Shown: positions 10,901 through 22,037, counted from the stretch's first letter. The stretch is DNA of 64,000 bases from an uncultured Planctomycetaceae bacterium (GCA_963815195.1 CAWFGE010000019.1:160001-224000); one strand, 5' to 3'. The notes: a model not told the origin generated them from the letters alone. A program made the numbers and translations.

Positions 10901-12977
10901 CGATGATAGCGCTCCTTACAATCAGTTCTCCGGCGGCGTGGGGACGTTGACCTTTGCCGGGAATGCCAACGAGCGTCTGTTTCTCGACCTGAATGCCATT
11001 GGCGATACCATTGTCGAGGCCGATGAGTTCTTTAACATCGAGTTGGACACGATCACTCTCTTCGACAACACCATCGAGTCCGGCCTGGTCACCGTCAGCG
11101 ACGAAAGACCAGGCGATCGGCGGCAGCAGGGTGTGATCCTTAACCACAACCTCAATGGCAATGGCGCTGCCGAAGATACCAGCCTGCTCAGCTTGGCCTT
11201 TGTGGGGAAATTCCCCTCGCCAAATGGCCCCGTTGCACGCTTTCAGGTCACTTCGAGCAATGCCGTTCAAGAGGGATTCCAGGTCGATGTGGTCGTGGAC
11301 CTTGTCAACGGGGCATCGAGCGGGTTGACGTTCGCCGCGTCGAGTTCTCGAGGAACTGCCAATTTTTCGGGCGATGCGGGTGAAGGACGTACCGTCGACG
11401 TCCCGATTCCTCCATCGGCGAATATGATTAGTGCGATGCTGGGGAACGTTTTGCCTTCGGGGGCTGGAGTGAACGCTGGGGATATTATTCCAGGGGCACC
11501 TTTGACGGTCACGCTTCCAGATAACGAGATTTTGGTGGCTGGCCCCGGGCCGGGAAGCCTTCCTTACGTTCAAGTGTTTAAGGGCAGCGAGAACATAGGC
11601 TTCAACGCCTACGATCCCGGGTTTAAGGGGGGAGTCCGCGTGGCGACCGGCGATGTGACCGGCGATGGAGTTCCAGACATTATCACCGCCGCGGGACCGG
11701 GCGGCGGGCCGGACGTGCGGGTGTTCGACGGCGCGACGAACGGGTTGATGATCGCCGGTCCCTTGCGCGACTTCTATGCCTATCCGGGCAACTTCATCGG
11801 TGGCGTGTATATTGCGGTCGCCGACCTGGACGGCGACAACCGGGCGGACATTATCACCGGCCCCGGCGCCGGCGGCGGTCCCAACGTGCGGGCGTTTCGA
11901 GCCAGCGATGGGGCGATGATCATGAACTTCTACGCCTACCCGGGCAACTTCCCGGGCGGCGTGCGCGTGGCCGTCGCCGACGTAAACGGCGACGGGACTC
12001 CCGACATTATTACCGGTCCGGGACCGGGTGGCGGGCCGGACGTGCGGGTCTTCGACGGCACGACGAACGGGAAACTTATCGACGGTCCGTTGCGCGACTT
12101 CTACGCCTACGGCAACTTCACCGGCGGCGTGTATGTTGCGGCAGCCGACTTGGACGGCGACAACCGGGCGGACATTATCACCGGCCCCGGCACCGGCGGC
12201 GGTCCCAACGTGCGCGCGTTTCGAGCCAGCGACGGGGCGATGATCGAGAACTTTTACGCCTACGCGAACTTCACCGGCGGCGTGCGAGTGGCCGCCCACG
12301 ACGTGGACGGCGACGGGACCCCGGACATTGTTACCAGTCCGGGACCGGGCGGCGGTCCCAACGTGCGGGCATTCGATGGGACGAAGAACGGGACGATGAT
12401 CGCGGGTAACTCGGGCAACTTCAATGTGTACAATCCCGAGTTCACGGGCGGCGTGTATGTGGCCGCGACGGACGCAAGCGCGGCCAACTTTGTGGATGTG
12501 ATTGCGGAAGCCGGCCCACGCGGCGCCAACGCGGCCCCTCTAGCGCAATCCGATCTGCCTCCGCTTGTGGACGAGGCAATCCGGGAGTTCGAGCAAGCTG
12601 GCCTTGCTGTTCCCGGGGCCTTGGCGGACGTGCATATTCAAATCGTGGACCTGCCGGGCGATGAACTGGGGGAAGCCATCGGCAACACGATTCTTTTGGA
12701 TGTCGATGCCGCCGGTTTTGGCTGGTTCATCGATCCCACCCCCGCGGACGATGTGGAATTCCAAACGGGCGCTCCCGAAGTCCAGGGACGCGTGGACCTG
12801 CTCACCGTCATCACGCACGAATTGGGTCACGTAATAGGCCTGACACACGACAAGGATCACGCGAGCTTCATGTCTGACCGTTTGCCATTAGGCACTAGAT
12901 ATTGAATTGAAGACGAAGATCACTCGGCACTGGATTCCATCTTCGCGAACCCATCGCTGTCCGAATTGCTATTGTGA
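4930..12977 (+). CDS. Giant repetitive extracellular protein (~2680 aa): planctomycete LEDRTLL motif, 3 CSLREA-like modules, GGG(I) beta-helix repeats, 3 choice-of-anchor Q-like modules, Calx-beta, FG-GAP repeats and a C-terminal HELGH zincin motif; frameshift near 8820 and an in-frame TGA at 12903
   Basis: ORFs 4930..8886 and 8823..12905 join at a CCC run near 8818. Motifs: EVLEDRTLLS, (V/I)SLRDAI x3, GPLxDNGG x3, DxxVExDE, DVxGDGxPDIITGPGPGGGPxVRxF repeats, VITHELGHVIGLTH. After TGA 12903-12905 the frame continues IEDEDHSALDSIFANPSLSELLL to a stop at 12977. Confidence 0.85.
11620..12470 (+). repeat. Intragenic near-identical duplications of FG-GAP modules (~324-327 bp period)
   Basis: TGGACGGCGACAACCGGGCGGACATTATCACCGGCCCCGGC at 11827 and 12151; GCGGGCCGGACGTGCGGG at 11704 and 12031. 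Confidence 0.85.
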
Positions 12978-13109
12978 CTCCGCTCCTGTGACAAACGCTT
13001 TTCCGATTGATGGCCGAACTCGATGAGACAACCTAACAGGTGCCAACCGGCGACGTCGGGTAAAAAGTGCTTGCCGGATCATAGCGGCCCAAAGAGATCT
13101 CGTGGCGAT

Positions 13110-15284
13110 TCAAGGAGGATTGGCGGCGATCACGAGTTGCACGGCATCGACAATGACATAGCCATTGGTGTCGGCGTTTGTGATTGCGATTGTATTTTCG
13201 CCGGATTGGAAATCGAATGTGCCGACCGTTCCGAACATACCGTGGTTGGGTTTCATTTGTTGGTTGACCTTCACCGTCGTGGTTCCGCCTTGGTGCTGCA
13301 CAGTGACGGGCACGTTCGTGGCGCGGTTCCCGTTGGCGGTCCAGGCGATGCGGATTTCGTACCGGCCGGCCTTGGGAACCTTGACTCGAAAACGGGCGGA
13401 CTGCTCGCCTTTGTTCGCGTTGCCGTCGTGCCGATAGCCTGTGCCCACGTAGGGACCGATCACCTGGCTCACCTCCTCAAAACCCTTGTGCTTGGCGTCG
13501 TCGTCATCGACCACGATGCCTTTGAGCGACTTCACGTCCACAGATTGAGCGGCGTGCATCACGGGACCGGTCCAAACCAGGATCTGCTTGTCGGCGAGCA
13601 ATCGCTCGCGGAGTTTGGGATAGTCCACGTCTTGAACGGCCGCATTTGCGTCAATCGCCTGCACGGCCGCCGTCGCCGCCGACTCGCCGAGCACCATAAA
13701 CACCGGCTCCATGCGAATCGAACCAAAAGCGATATGCGAAGCACTCAGGCACACCGGAACCAGTAGATTGTCGCATTCGTTTTTCTTGGGCACGAGGGAT
13801 CGGTAATCAATCGGATACGGCGAAAAGCCGCCGACTTCCACATCGCCTTCGTTCCGGACATGCCGGTCCGCGTCCACGTAGCGCTGGACGTTGTGCGAGT
13901 CCATCGTGTACGCGGCCAGGCCGATGGGACGTTCGGCTTTGGCGCGTCCCTGGCAGTTGTGTTGGGTCATTACATATTCCCCGATCATCCGCCGGGCTTC
14001 CCGAACGTAAAGCTGGTTTTGCCAACCGTTGCCCTCCTCGAATTCATCTTTGCACATCCCCCAGCGGGCCACTTCACGGCGGATGTGATCCGGCACGCGC
14101 GGATGATTCGCCAAGGTCCACATCAAACCCTGCTGGTAGGACTGGTGCCGCGCCAGAATCTTTTCGCGTTCCGCATAACTCGCTCCGGGATAATCATAGT
14201 TCTGCCCAATGAAATCCGTGGAAAAGCCGGTGCGGTTGTTGGTGTCCGTCTTGCGGTTGGGCATGGCGGAGTTGATCCAGGGCATGCCTTTCTCGCCGGC
14301 CTCAAAGTTCCGCAGCAGCAATTCATATTGTAGCGGGTCGTAGTCGGCGGGCCTGGCAAAGGGGATGCGATTTTCCGGATGATCGGTCAGACACATTCGC
14401 AGGCAATAGGCTTGCACCCGCCGATCGCCCGCGCCTTCTTCGCCGGGCCCGTTTGAGTCGATGCCCGGCAGCAGGCCGCTTTGAGGATCGCCGGCTTTCT
14501 TGTAAGGATCGACGCCAGGCGCGAACTGATGATACCGCGCCTGGCGAGTCTGCACGCCGTTGAGGGTTTCCCCGTAGGTCTGATTGCTCTCGCGGCCTAC
14601 GGTGTAGGAAACGCCCGCGGCGGCCAGTAAATCGCCTTCATAAGTCGCATCCAGAAAGACCCGGCCCCGGAACGTGCGGCCGCTTTCCATTGTCATCGCG
14701 ATAATTCTCGGCCCCTCTTTCTTCACGCCTGTTGTCATGGCTTTGGAATTGGGGACGAGCGTTCGATCAAGCCGCTGGTGATATATGACGGGAATCTCGT
14801 GGTCTCGGACCAGATCTTGCATAATCGAGAGCGCCGCCGAAGGCTCGAAAGTCCACATGGTGGCTTCCTTCGCTCCGCTGGGGCTTTGGCCGCCGCCGCG
14901 ATAGGTTTCCCGGCGTTGCCATTTCCAGTGTTTGGGGTCTTCATAGTATTTGCGGACGTGCTGATAGAACTCGCGGGCCACGCCGCCGATGGCCGATTTA
15001 TTGCCGATGTCGGTCTGCCCCAATCCGCCGGTCGTCAGTCCGCCGATGCGGCCTGTAGGTTCGATGACGACGACCGACCCGCCCATCCGCCGCACCTGCA
15101 CCGCCGCCGCAATTCCCGCCGAGGTGCCGCCGTAGATGACGACGTCCCAGGAGGGCGCGGCAGCCAAGGCATTTATGGGTTGAAGCATCAAACTGGCACA
15201 CACCGCAAAGACAAAGCCCCCAGTCAGCCAATGGAAACGGACGGGCCGATGATTTTGGGATGTTTCGGGCAATGAGAGGGACAT
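13110..15284 (-). CDS. Secreted FAD-dependent oxidoreductase (PF12831-type, often annotated xanthan lyase) with a C-terminal Golvesin/Xly CBD-like domain
   Basis: Motifs DVVIYGGTSAG, GGLTTGGLG, DATYEGDL, YVREARRM, YTMDSH and SIRMEPV; C-terminal GYRHDGN...NRATNVPV...VIVDAVQ. Likely start is the ATG at 15284, downstream of GGAG. Confidence 0.85.
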   Translation of the reverse strand: MSLSLPETSQNHRPVRFHWLTGGFVFAVCASLMLQPINALAAAPSWDVVIYGGTSAGIAAAVQVRRMGGSVVVIEPTGRIGGLTTGGLGQTDIGNKSAIGGVAREFYQHVRKYYEDPKHWKWQRRETYRGGGQSPSGAKEATMWTFEPSAALSIMQDLVRDHEIPVIYHQRLDRTLVPNSKAMTTGVKKEGPRIIAMTMESGRTFRGRVFLDATYEGDLLAAAGVSYTVGRESNQTYGETLNGVQTRQARYHQFAPGVDPYKKAGDPQSGLLPGIDSNGPGEEGAGDRRVQAYCLRMCLTDHPENRIPFARPADYDPLQYELLLRNFEAGEKGMPWINSAMPNRKTDTNNRTGFSTDFIGQNYDYPGASYAEREKILARHQSYQQGLMWTLANHPRVPDHIRREVARWGMCKDEFEEGNGWQNQLYVREARRMIGEYVMTQHNCQGRAKAERPIGLAAYTMDSHNVQRYVDADRHVRNEGDVEVGGFSPYPIDYRSLVPKKNECDNLLVPVCLSASHIAFGSIRMEPVFMVLGESAATAAVQAIDANAAVQDVDYPKLRERLLADKQILVWTGPVMHAAQSVDVKSLKGIVVDDDDAKHKGFEEVSQVIGPYVGTGYRHDGNANKGEQSARFRVKVPKAGRYEIRIAWTANGNRATNVPVTVQHQGGTTTVKVNQQMKPNHGMFGTVGTFDFQSGENTIAITNADTNGYVIVDAVQLVIAANPP

Positions 15285-15612
15285 GCGGTCTTTACTCCGA
15301 TCCGTTGGTTTCATGCGCTGTGATAGGTTTCGCTCGATGGGGATTGATGATACCCGGCCTCCCGCATCGGTGAAAGCCGAGGGCTGCTCGTGCCCTTGCA
15401 CGTTTTCGACCAGGATTTCTACAACACGCTCTATTTGAATGAGCGTATCGGATACTGACTGAGGACTCGCCGGTAGATGTCCCTGAAAGCCGGAGGTCCG
15501 ACGAAGTCTTCCTCCGTCGAACTTTGCTCCGGCTGAAGTCGCCCCGAGGCCGATCGTCGTCAACCCTACAGCGCGATGAGGGCTCAGTCAACGAGTTACA
15601 GTCCCGTAGGAT

Positions 15613-16386
15613 TCACGACGGAACCTCGCTATCGGAACCGAGGCGCCCCAGGCCCGCGTGCTGGAGTCTGAGTGCCGATTCGTAGCGCGAAAAGGCGGCT
15701 TCGTCGCGGCGACAGCTTTCTCCACGAAAGACCATCGCGAACGCCCGACGATGCCGGTCGACCGTGCGGTTCGGATCGGCCCGGTGAATCGTGTTTCCGT
15801 GATGGGCCACCAGATCACCGACACGAAGGTGGACCGCCCGTTCGGCATTTCGGTCGTCCGACCCGTAATCGGTGATCCCTTGCGAGAATCCCAGCACCTC
15901 CGTCCGGCCGTGAGGACGAATCCCGCACCGATGCGAACCGGCGACGTAGCGCAGGCAACCGTTGTCCTCGTCCACGTCGTCTAGCGCGAGCCAAAGGGTG
16001 GCGACGTTCGGCGGATCGAGACAGAAATAATAGTTGTCCTGATGCGGCGGCGTGGGATGGTCGCAGCCGGGGGGTTTGTTGAACCATTCCGGTTCCTGCG
16101 CATCGGCGGCTTCTCCCAGCAGTCTTGCCGCGAGCTGCCTCCAATGCGGATTGCGTCGGTACGCTTCGAAGAACGGATCGCAGCCCATATGCTGCAACTG
16201 CTTTAGCGAGCCGGGGTCGTTACGGTCGTGGTAAAAGGCGTGCGCATCGGCAAGCGTCGGGACGACCTGGGCGATATAGCGGCCCAGTTCCCGCTCGAGT
16301 TCCAGGAGTTCCCCGCCGGAGAGAAACTGCCGAACGACGACGAAGCCGTCGCGATCAAAGTCTGCCTTAAGCGCCCTATCCGTCAT
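15613..16386 (-). CDS. Phytanoyl-CoA dioxygenase (PhyH) family Fe(II)/2-oxoglutarate oxygenase
   Basis: FDRDGFVV, FNKPP, PHQD (HxD), NGCLRYVAGSH, HHGNTIH, RRA. Overlaps the upstream gene by 4 bp. Confidence 0.9.
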   Translation of the reverse strand: MTDRALKADFDRDGFVVVRQFLSGGELLELERELGRYIAQVVPTLADAHAFYHDRNDPGSLKQLQHMGCDPFFEAYRRNPHWRQLAARLLGEAADAQEPEWFNKPPGCDHPTPPHQDNYYFCLDPPNVATLWLALDDVDEDNGCLRYVAGSHRCGIRPHGRTEVLGFSQGITDYGSDDRNAERAVHLRVGDLVAHHGNTIHRADPNRTVDRHRRAFAMVFRGESCRRDEAAFSRYESALRLQHAGLGRLGSDSEVPS

Positions 16387-17312
16387 GCCGTTTGGTCCTC
16401 AGCCAGTTGATCCAGAGCCTGTTTTACGATATCGACCCCCACGAGTTCGCTCCAGGCGGCCAGCAATTGCTTCACGACCGGGCCGACTTGCCCATCCCCC
16501 ACCGGCAGCCCGTTGAACCGCGTGGCCGGCATGATGCAATACGGGGTGCTCGTGAAGAAGACCTCGTCGGCGGTGTAAAGGTCGTAGGGTTGCAGTTGCG
16601 TTTCCTCGGACGGAATTCCGATCTGCGCTGCCAGTTCGAGCACCGTGTCTCGACTGACACCGGCGAGGCAGTTCGACGTTGCAGGCGTCTTTAGCACCCC
16701 GCCGGCGACCAGAAAGAGATTTCCCCCCTTGTTCTCGGCCACGTTTCCGTAGATGTCGAGAATCACTCCCTGAGCCCCCTGGTCGACAAGTTTGACTTCG
16801 GCTTCCGCCAGCGTGTAGGCCATGCGGCTCCGGTTCTTGATACGCGCATCGAGCGATTGCGACGGAATCATCCGACTCATCGCCGTCACCGCGTGGCAGC
16901 CGTCGGTGTAGAATCGAGCCCAGCCGCGCAAGTCCATCGGCAGCGTGTAGATCATCACGGTGGCGGGCGTCTGCTGAACCGTGGGATCGGGGCCCGGCCT
17001 CATCAGTCCCCGCGAGATGTTGTGGACGAGCCAGCAGTCTTCGCCGGGGGCGTAGGTCGTCAGGTTGGCGTCCAGCGTCTGCCGTGTGATCCACAACAAT
17101 TCCGCGGCGCCATAGCCGGGATCGATACGAGTCACCTTCAACGACTTGAACAGCCGGTCGATGTGCTGTTCGAGCTTGAAGGGACGATGCCCGAACGTGC
17201 GGGTCGATTCGGTGACCGTGTCTCCCAAGAGAACGGCACTGTCGAAGATGGAGATCTTCGCCTCCGCTTCCGGAACCAATTGGCCGTTCAGATAGACCCG
17301 TCGTGATGACAC
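16383..17312 (-). CDS. Aminotransferase class IV (branched-chain/D-amino acid aminotransferase-like)
   Basis: VYLNGQLVPEAEAKISIFD, HIDRL, ARIKNRSR (PLP lysine), ENKGGN, LAGVSR, ADEVFFTST. GTG start at 17312 after GAGGAG. Confidence 0.88.
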   Translation of the reverse strand: MSSRRVYLNGQLVPEAEAKISIFDSAVLLGDTVTESTRTFGHRPFKLEQHIDRLFKSLKVTRIDPGYGAAELLWITRQTLDANLTTYAPGEDCWLVHNISRGLMRPGPDPTVQQTPATVMIYTLPMDLRGWARFYTDGCHAVTAMSRMIPSQSLDARIKNRSRMAYTLAEAEVKLVDQGAQGVILDIYGNVAENKGGNLFLVAGGVLKTPATSNCLAGVSRDTVLELAAQIGIPSEETQLQPYDLYTADEVFFTSTPYCIMPATRFNGLPVGDGQVGPVVKQLLAAWSELVGVDIVKQALDQLAEDQTA

Positions 17313-17601
17313 GGCAACTCCTCGCCTCATTTTGTTATTATCTCAAAGTGGAAACGGTCGCGTGGCTGGAGCGCAAATTCCTCTTTGGACAGGCGTAATT
17401 TGCAAACACTGGGGCAATGGACGAGCTAGAAAATTGTCACACGGCCCCAGCGCTCAAAACCCTTTTTGTCCTCGGGACTTTCTTTTGCGCCCCAGCCACC
17501 CTTTCACCGTCGCTTTACAGTTTGAGTTACCATTCTCAGGATGATAGCTTACTCATCGGCCAGGCGGATTTCACCTCACTCGGTTCAAAGGGCGACGGAC
17601 C

Positions 17602-18961
17602 ATGACGGACAATTCTTCAGGCAGCCAGGATTCAGGACGGGTGCGGCGTTCGATGGCTCTCTACCGCCGGGCCGCAGAGATCATTCCCGGCGCGACGCAG
17701 CTCATCAGCCGCCGGCCGTCGAAGTTTGCCTGCGGCGTGTCGCCGGTTTATGCGGCCCGCGCGAAGGGCTCGCGGATTCTGGGATGTCGATGGGAACGAG
17801 TACATCGACTGGGTCAGCGGCATCGGAGCCATTATCCTCGGATATGCCGATCCCGTCGTGAACGACGCCGTCGCTCGGCAGATGGCCGACGGCACGATCT
17901 ACTCGATCAATCACGAGCTGGAACTCGAACTGGCCGAGTTTCTCATCGAGACGATCCCCTGCGCCGAGATGGTCCGCTACGCGAAAGGAGGCGGGGAAGC
18001 GTGTGCGATCGCGGTCCGCATCGCCCGCGGAGCGACGGGCCGGGACAAGGTGCTGTTCTGCGGATACCACGGCTGGCACGACTGGTACTTGGCGGCGAAT
18101 CTGTCGGCGGAGGCCGCGCTCGATTCGCATCTGTTTCCCGGCATCGAACCGATCGGTGTGCCGCGGGCGCTTAAGGGAACCGCGATTCCCTTTCCCTATG
18201 GAGACCTCGACGCTCTCGCCACGCGGCTCGAAGACCATCGCGGCGAGGTGGCGGCGATCATCATGGAGCCGCTGCGAAGCGAAGAACCGCCGGACGGTTA
18301 TCTCGCGGGCGTTCGCCGGCTGGCCACCGAGTTCGATGCGGTTCTGATCTTCGACGAAGTCTCCACCGGGTTTCGCGCTTCGGCCGGCGGAGTCCAACCA
18401 GTCCTCGGCGTGATCCCCGACATGGCGGTGTTCGCGAAGTCGATCTCCAACGGTTTTCCGATGGGAGCCGTCGTTGGGAAGAAGGCCGTGATGGAACCCG
18501 CCGCGAGAATGTTCATTTCCAGCACCTACTGGAGCGACACGATCGGCCTCCGCGCCGCATTGACCACGCTCAAGGAGGTTGGCTCCCGTGATGTGCCGGG
18601 GACCGTTCGCCGCATCGGCGCGGCGATCAAGTCCCGGCTCAATGAACTGGCGGAGGACTGGAACGTGCCGGTCACCTGCGGCGGAATCGACTACCACCCG
18701 CATCTGCATTTTCACGTGGAGGACGCGGTGCTGAAATCGAAGCTCAAAACATTGTACATTCAGGAAATGGCAAAGCGCGGCTGCCACGGATATCCAGCGT
18801 TCTATCTCAATGCCGCCCAGACGGACGCGGACATCGAACACACCGTCCACGCCGCGCGCGAGGCTTTCTCCCTGATGGCCGAAGGGCTAAAGCGAAACCG
18901 CATCGACCGCCTGCTGGAATGCGAGCTCCAAGAAGACGCATTCCAACGTCTCGTCCGCTGA
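17602..18961 (+). CDS. Aminotransferase class III (glutamate-1-semialdehyde aminomutase-like); frameshift near 17775
   Basis: ORF 17602 (IIPGATQLISRRP...ARAKGS) joins ORF 17726 (WDVDGNEYID, GYHGWHDW, IFDEVSTGFR, FAKSISNGFP). Confidence 0.85.
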
Positions 18962-19074
18962 GAACGGAACCCAGACGGTCAGGGTTGGAATTTGTCGGTA
19001 TTGTCGACGCCCGAAGCCGTCCGTGTTACAAAGGACGCAGTTGCATTACCACGAGCTTACCTGGAGCGTCAACC

Positions 19075-20541
19075 ATGAAAGCGATTTTGCCCATCGTGAT
19101 TTTTTTCGGCTCTTCGTTATCGTTCGCCGACGATTGGCCCCAGTTTCGCGGTCCCAATTGCAGCGGAATTTCCACCGCGATGCAGGAACTGCCCGTGGAG
19201 TTCTCCTCCACCAAGAACGTGAAATGGTTCGCCGAGATGGGCGACGGGATCGGTAGCCCGGTCGTGGCGGCGGGGCGGGTGTTTGCCTCGGCCATGAAAG
19301 ACGACCACACGGTGGCTTTGCTGGCTTTTGATGTCGAGAGCGGGCAAAAGCTCTGGGAACGGAGTTGGGAAACCGGCCAACTGCCCGAGGTGCATCAAAC
19401 GAACAGCCACGCCAGCACGACCCCCGCCGCCGATGCCGAACGCGTCTATTTCTACTTCAGCACGTTGGGCATGTTGGCGGTCGATGCGCGGACAGGCAAA
19501 GACGTCTGGCGGAAAAAACTGCCTACGCCGTTCTTTGTGTTCAAGTGGGGGCCGGGCATGTCGCCTGTCCTCTACAAGGACCTGGTGCTGTTCTGCCAGG
19601 ACGATGATTTGTCCCCGGCGTTTTACGCCTTCGACAAGAGGACCGGAGGGATCCGCTGGAAGGACGACCGCAGCGACATGGCGGTGAACTATTCCCATCC
19701 CGTGGTCTGTTCGACGGACAACGGGGATGAAATCGTGGTGGCCGGCACGGGCATTCTCGTCGGCTACGACCCGGCCACAGGCCAACGGCTTTGGAAAGCC
19801 AAAACGCTTCTGCGGAACATCAAAACCACGCCGGTCGTCGTGGGGGATGTGATCTACATTTCTTTGCAGAGCGCAGGAATCGCCAACCAATGGCTGGCCA
19901 CGGCCGATCGTTCCGACACGGGCAACAACGACGGCAAGCTTTCCAAGGCCGAGATGCAAGCCTTTGTGGGGGAGCGAAAAATCCCGGCGGAGTTTTTTCG
20001 CCGTACTTTCGACCGCGGCGACCTGAACAAGAACGGCGTGTTGGAAGGCCGGGAGTTGGATGCCGCTTTTCTCGATCCCGAAAACTTCGCCGGGGCCCGC
20101 TTCGATGCCGAGGATCCCGCGGACGAATTGATCCTCGCGGTCAAAGCGGGCGGACGGGGCGACGTCACCGGCACCCACGTGCTCTGGAAACACAAGACCA
20201 AATACACCGACCACATCGTCTCGCCGCTGGTGTCCCAGGGCCGCATGTTTCTGCTCAAAGGCGGCGGGATCACCACGGTATTCGATCTCAAGGACGGCCG
20301 ACCGCTCCGTAACGTCAAACGCATCCCCAACACCAGCAACTACTTCGCTTCGCCCGTCGCCGGTGATGGAAAGATTTTCGCGGCGGGGGAAAACGGCGTC
20401 ATTGTGGTGCTGGAAGACGGCCCGGATTACAAAGTCCTTGCCGAAAACGACCTGGGCGACGACATTCTGGGCACACCCGCCATTGCCGACGGCCGGCTGT
20501 TCGTTCGCACGCGCGGCCGGCTGTATTGCCTTGGAAAGTAG
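19075..20541 (+). CDS. PQQ-binding-like beta-propeller protein with an EF-hand-like insertion
   Basis: Signal peptide followed by DDWPQFRGPN; SPVV, TPAAD, SPVAGDG, TPAIADGRLFVRT; EF-hand-like loops DTGNNDGKLSKAE and DLNKNGVLEGRE. Confidence 0.85.
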   Translation: MKAILPIVIFFGSSLSFADDWPQFRGPNCSGISTAMQELPVEFSSTKNVKWFAEMGDGIGSPVVAAGRVFASAMKDDHTVALLAFDVESGQKLWERSWETGQLPEVHQTNSHASTTPAADAERVYFYFSTLGMLAVDARTGKDVWRKKLPTPFFVFKWGPGMSPVLYKDLVLFCQDDDLSPAFYAFDKRTGGIRWKDDRSDMAVNYSHPVVCSTDNGDEIVVAGTGILVGYDPATGQRLWKAKTLLRNIKTTPVVVGDVIYISLQSAGIANQWLATADRSDTGNNDGKLSKAEMQAFVGERKIPAEFFRRTFDRGDLNKNGVLEGRELDAAFLDPENFAGARFDAEDPADELILAVKAGGRGDVTGTHVLWKHKTKYTDHIVSPLVSQGRMFLLKGGGITTVFDLKDGRPLRNVKRIPNTSNYFASPVAGDGKIFAAGENGVIVVLEDGPDYKVLAENDLGDDILGTPAIADGRLFVRTRGRLYCLGK

Positions 20542-20634
20542 CCGGCGATCCGCCGTGTTCGCGCATTGATTGCATAAGAGTAAATTGATGGAAATCCGAT
20601 TTACGTCCCGTCTCGAATGCGGAAAAGCAGAGAT

Positions 20635-22037
20635 ATGAGCATACACCGCAGACAATTTGTCGTTGCCTCTGCCCTCGGTTTTGCCGGCTGGTCGTTTGGT
20701 GCCCCTCCGCCTGCCGCCTCTGCCAACGGACCGTCCACGGGTCGTGCCTCGGCCAAATCCACCATTCTCTTTTTCCTCTGTGGCGGCGCATCGCACATTG
20801 ATATGTGGGATTTGAAACCCCATGCTCCCGGGGAGTACCGCGGCCCTTTCCAGCCGATCGCGACATCGTCGCCTGGAGTCCACTCTGCGAGCATCTGCCC
20901 CTGTTGGCGAAGCAGGCGCATCATCTCGCGCTGGTCAATTCGGTTGGTGCAAGCGTGAGCACCAACGATCATCATGCAGGCTATTACTACAATTTGACGG
21001 GGCACGCCCCGGATCAATCCTTTCAAGCCTTGGGCAACAATCGCACGCCGTTTCCCAGCGATTGGCCTTACATGGGAAGTGTCGTGTCGGCGAAACGGCC
21101 AGCCCATAAGTTTTTGCCCAATGCGATTACGTTGCCCCACAAGCCCAGCAAAGCTCCGTACACCCGCCCCGGCCAGTTTGCCGCTCGACTGGGAGTCGAA
21201 CACGATGCCCTCTACCTGCTGGGCAACGTAGAACAGCCTCTGACTTTCCAGGCCCCCGCCCTGATCCTGGAAGGAGAACTCACCGCTGACCGGTTGACGC
21301 GCCGGCGTGCGTTGCTGCGGGACATTGATGCCGCGCACCGCACTTTCGAAAACTCCGCAACGGCCCGAACTTGGCAGCAGCATCAGGACCGCGCGATCTC
21401 CTTGCTCATGTCGTCGCACACGACCCGCGCGTTCGATGTCGGGGATGAGCCGGAATCTGTGCGGCGGCGCTATGGCGAAACCGTCAATGGGATGAGCCTG
21501 CTTCTGGCACGGCGGCTGGTCGAAGCCGAGGTGCCTTTTGTCACGGTGTTCTGGAAGGAGCACGAAAACAAGCTGGCCAAGAAATGCAAAAGTGCGGGCG
21601 GTTGGGATACGCATGGCAACAACTTCAAGTGCTTGAAGGACGATTTGCTGCCGGAGTTTGACCGCGGGTTCTCGGCCTTGGTTGAAGACTTGGCCCTGCG
21701 TGGCTCGCTCGACGAGACACTGCTCTTGGTGACCAGCGAAATGGGACGCAAACCCAAAATCGGCGATCGGAGAAGCGGCGGTGTCTCCGGGGCCGGCCGC
21801 GATCATTGGACCCATTGTCTGACGGATGTTTTAGCGGGGGGCGGCATTCGAGGCGGCCAGACCTACGGCTCCAGCGACCGCCATGCGGAGTATCCTGCGG
21901 ATAAGCCGGTGACGCCCGCCGATGTCACGAAAACCGTCTATCATGCCATGGGAATACAGGATCTCATCGCCTATGACACCCAGAACCGGCCCTATCAACT
22001 CCTGGAAGAAGGCGAAGTACTGACTTCGCTGTTTTAG
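20635..22037 (+). CDS. DUF1501 domain protein with a Tat-like signal; frameshift near 20870
   Basis: HRRQF, ILFFLCGGASHIDMWDLKP, LLARRLVEAEVPFV, GWDTH, SEMGRKP, GRDHW, GGGIRGG. Confidence 0.9.

Noticed and set aside
11620..12470. Diversity-generating retroelement TR/VR pair
   Set aside because: Both copies lie in-frame in one CDS, the differences are not adenine-specific, and no reverse transcriptase is in the window.
12903..12905. Selenocysteine or alternative genetic code at the in-frame TGA
   Set aside because: TGA is a normal stop in many other genes here, there is no redox-motif context, and no evident SECIS hairpin.
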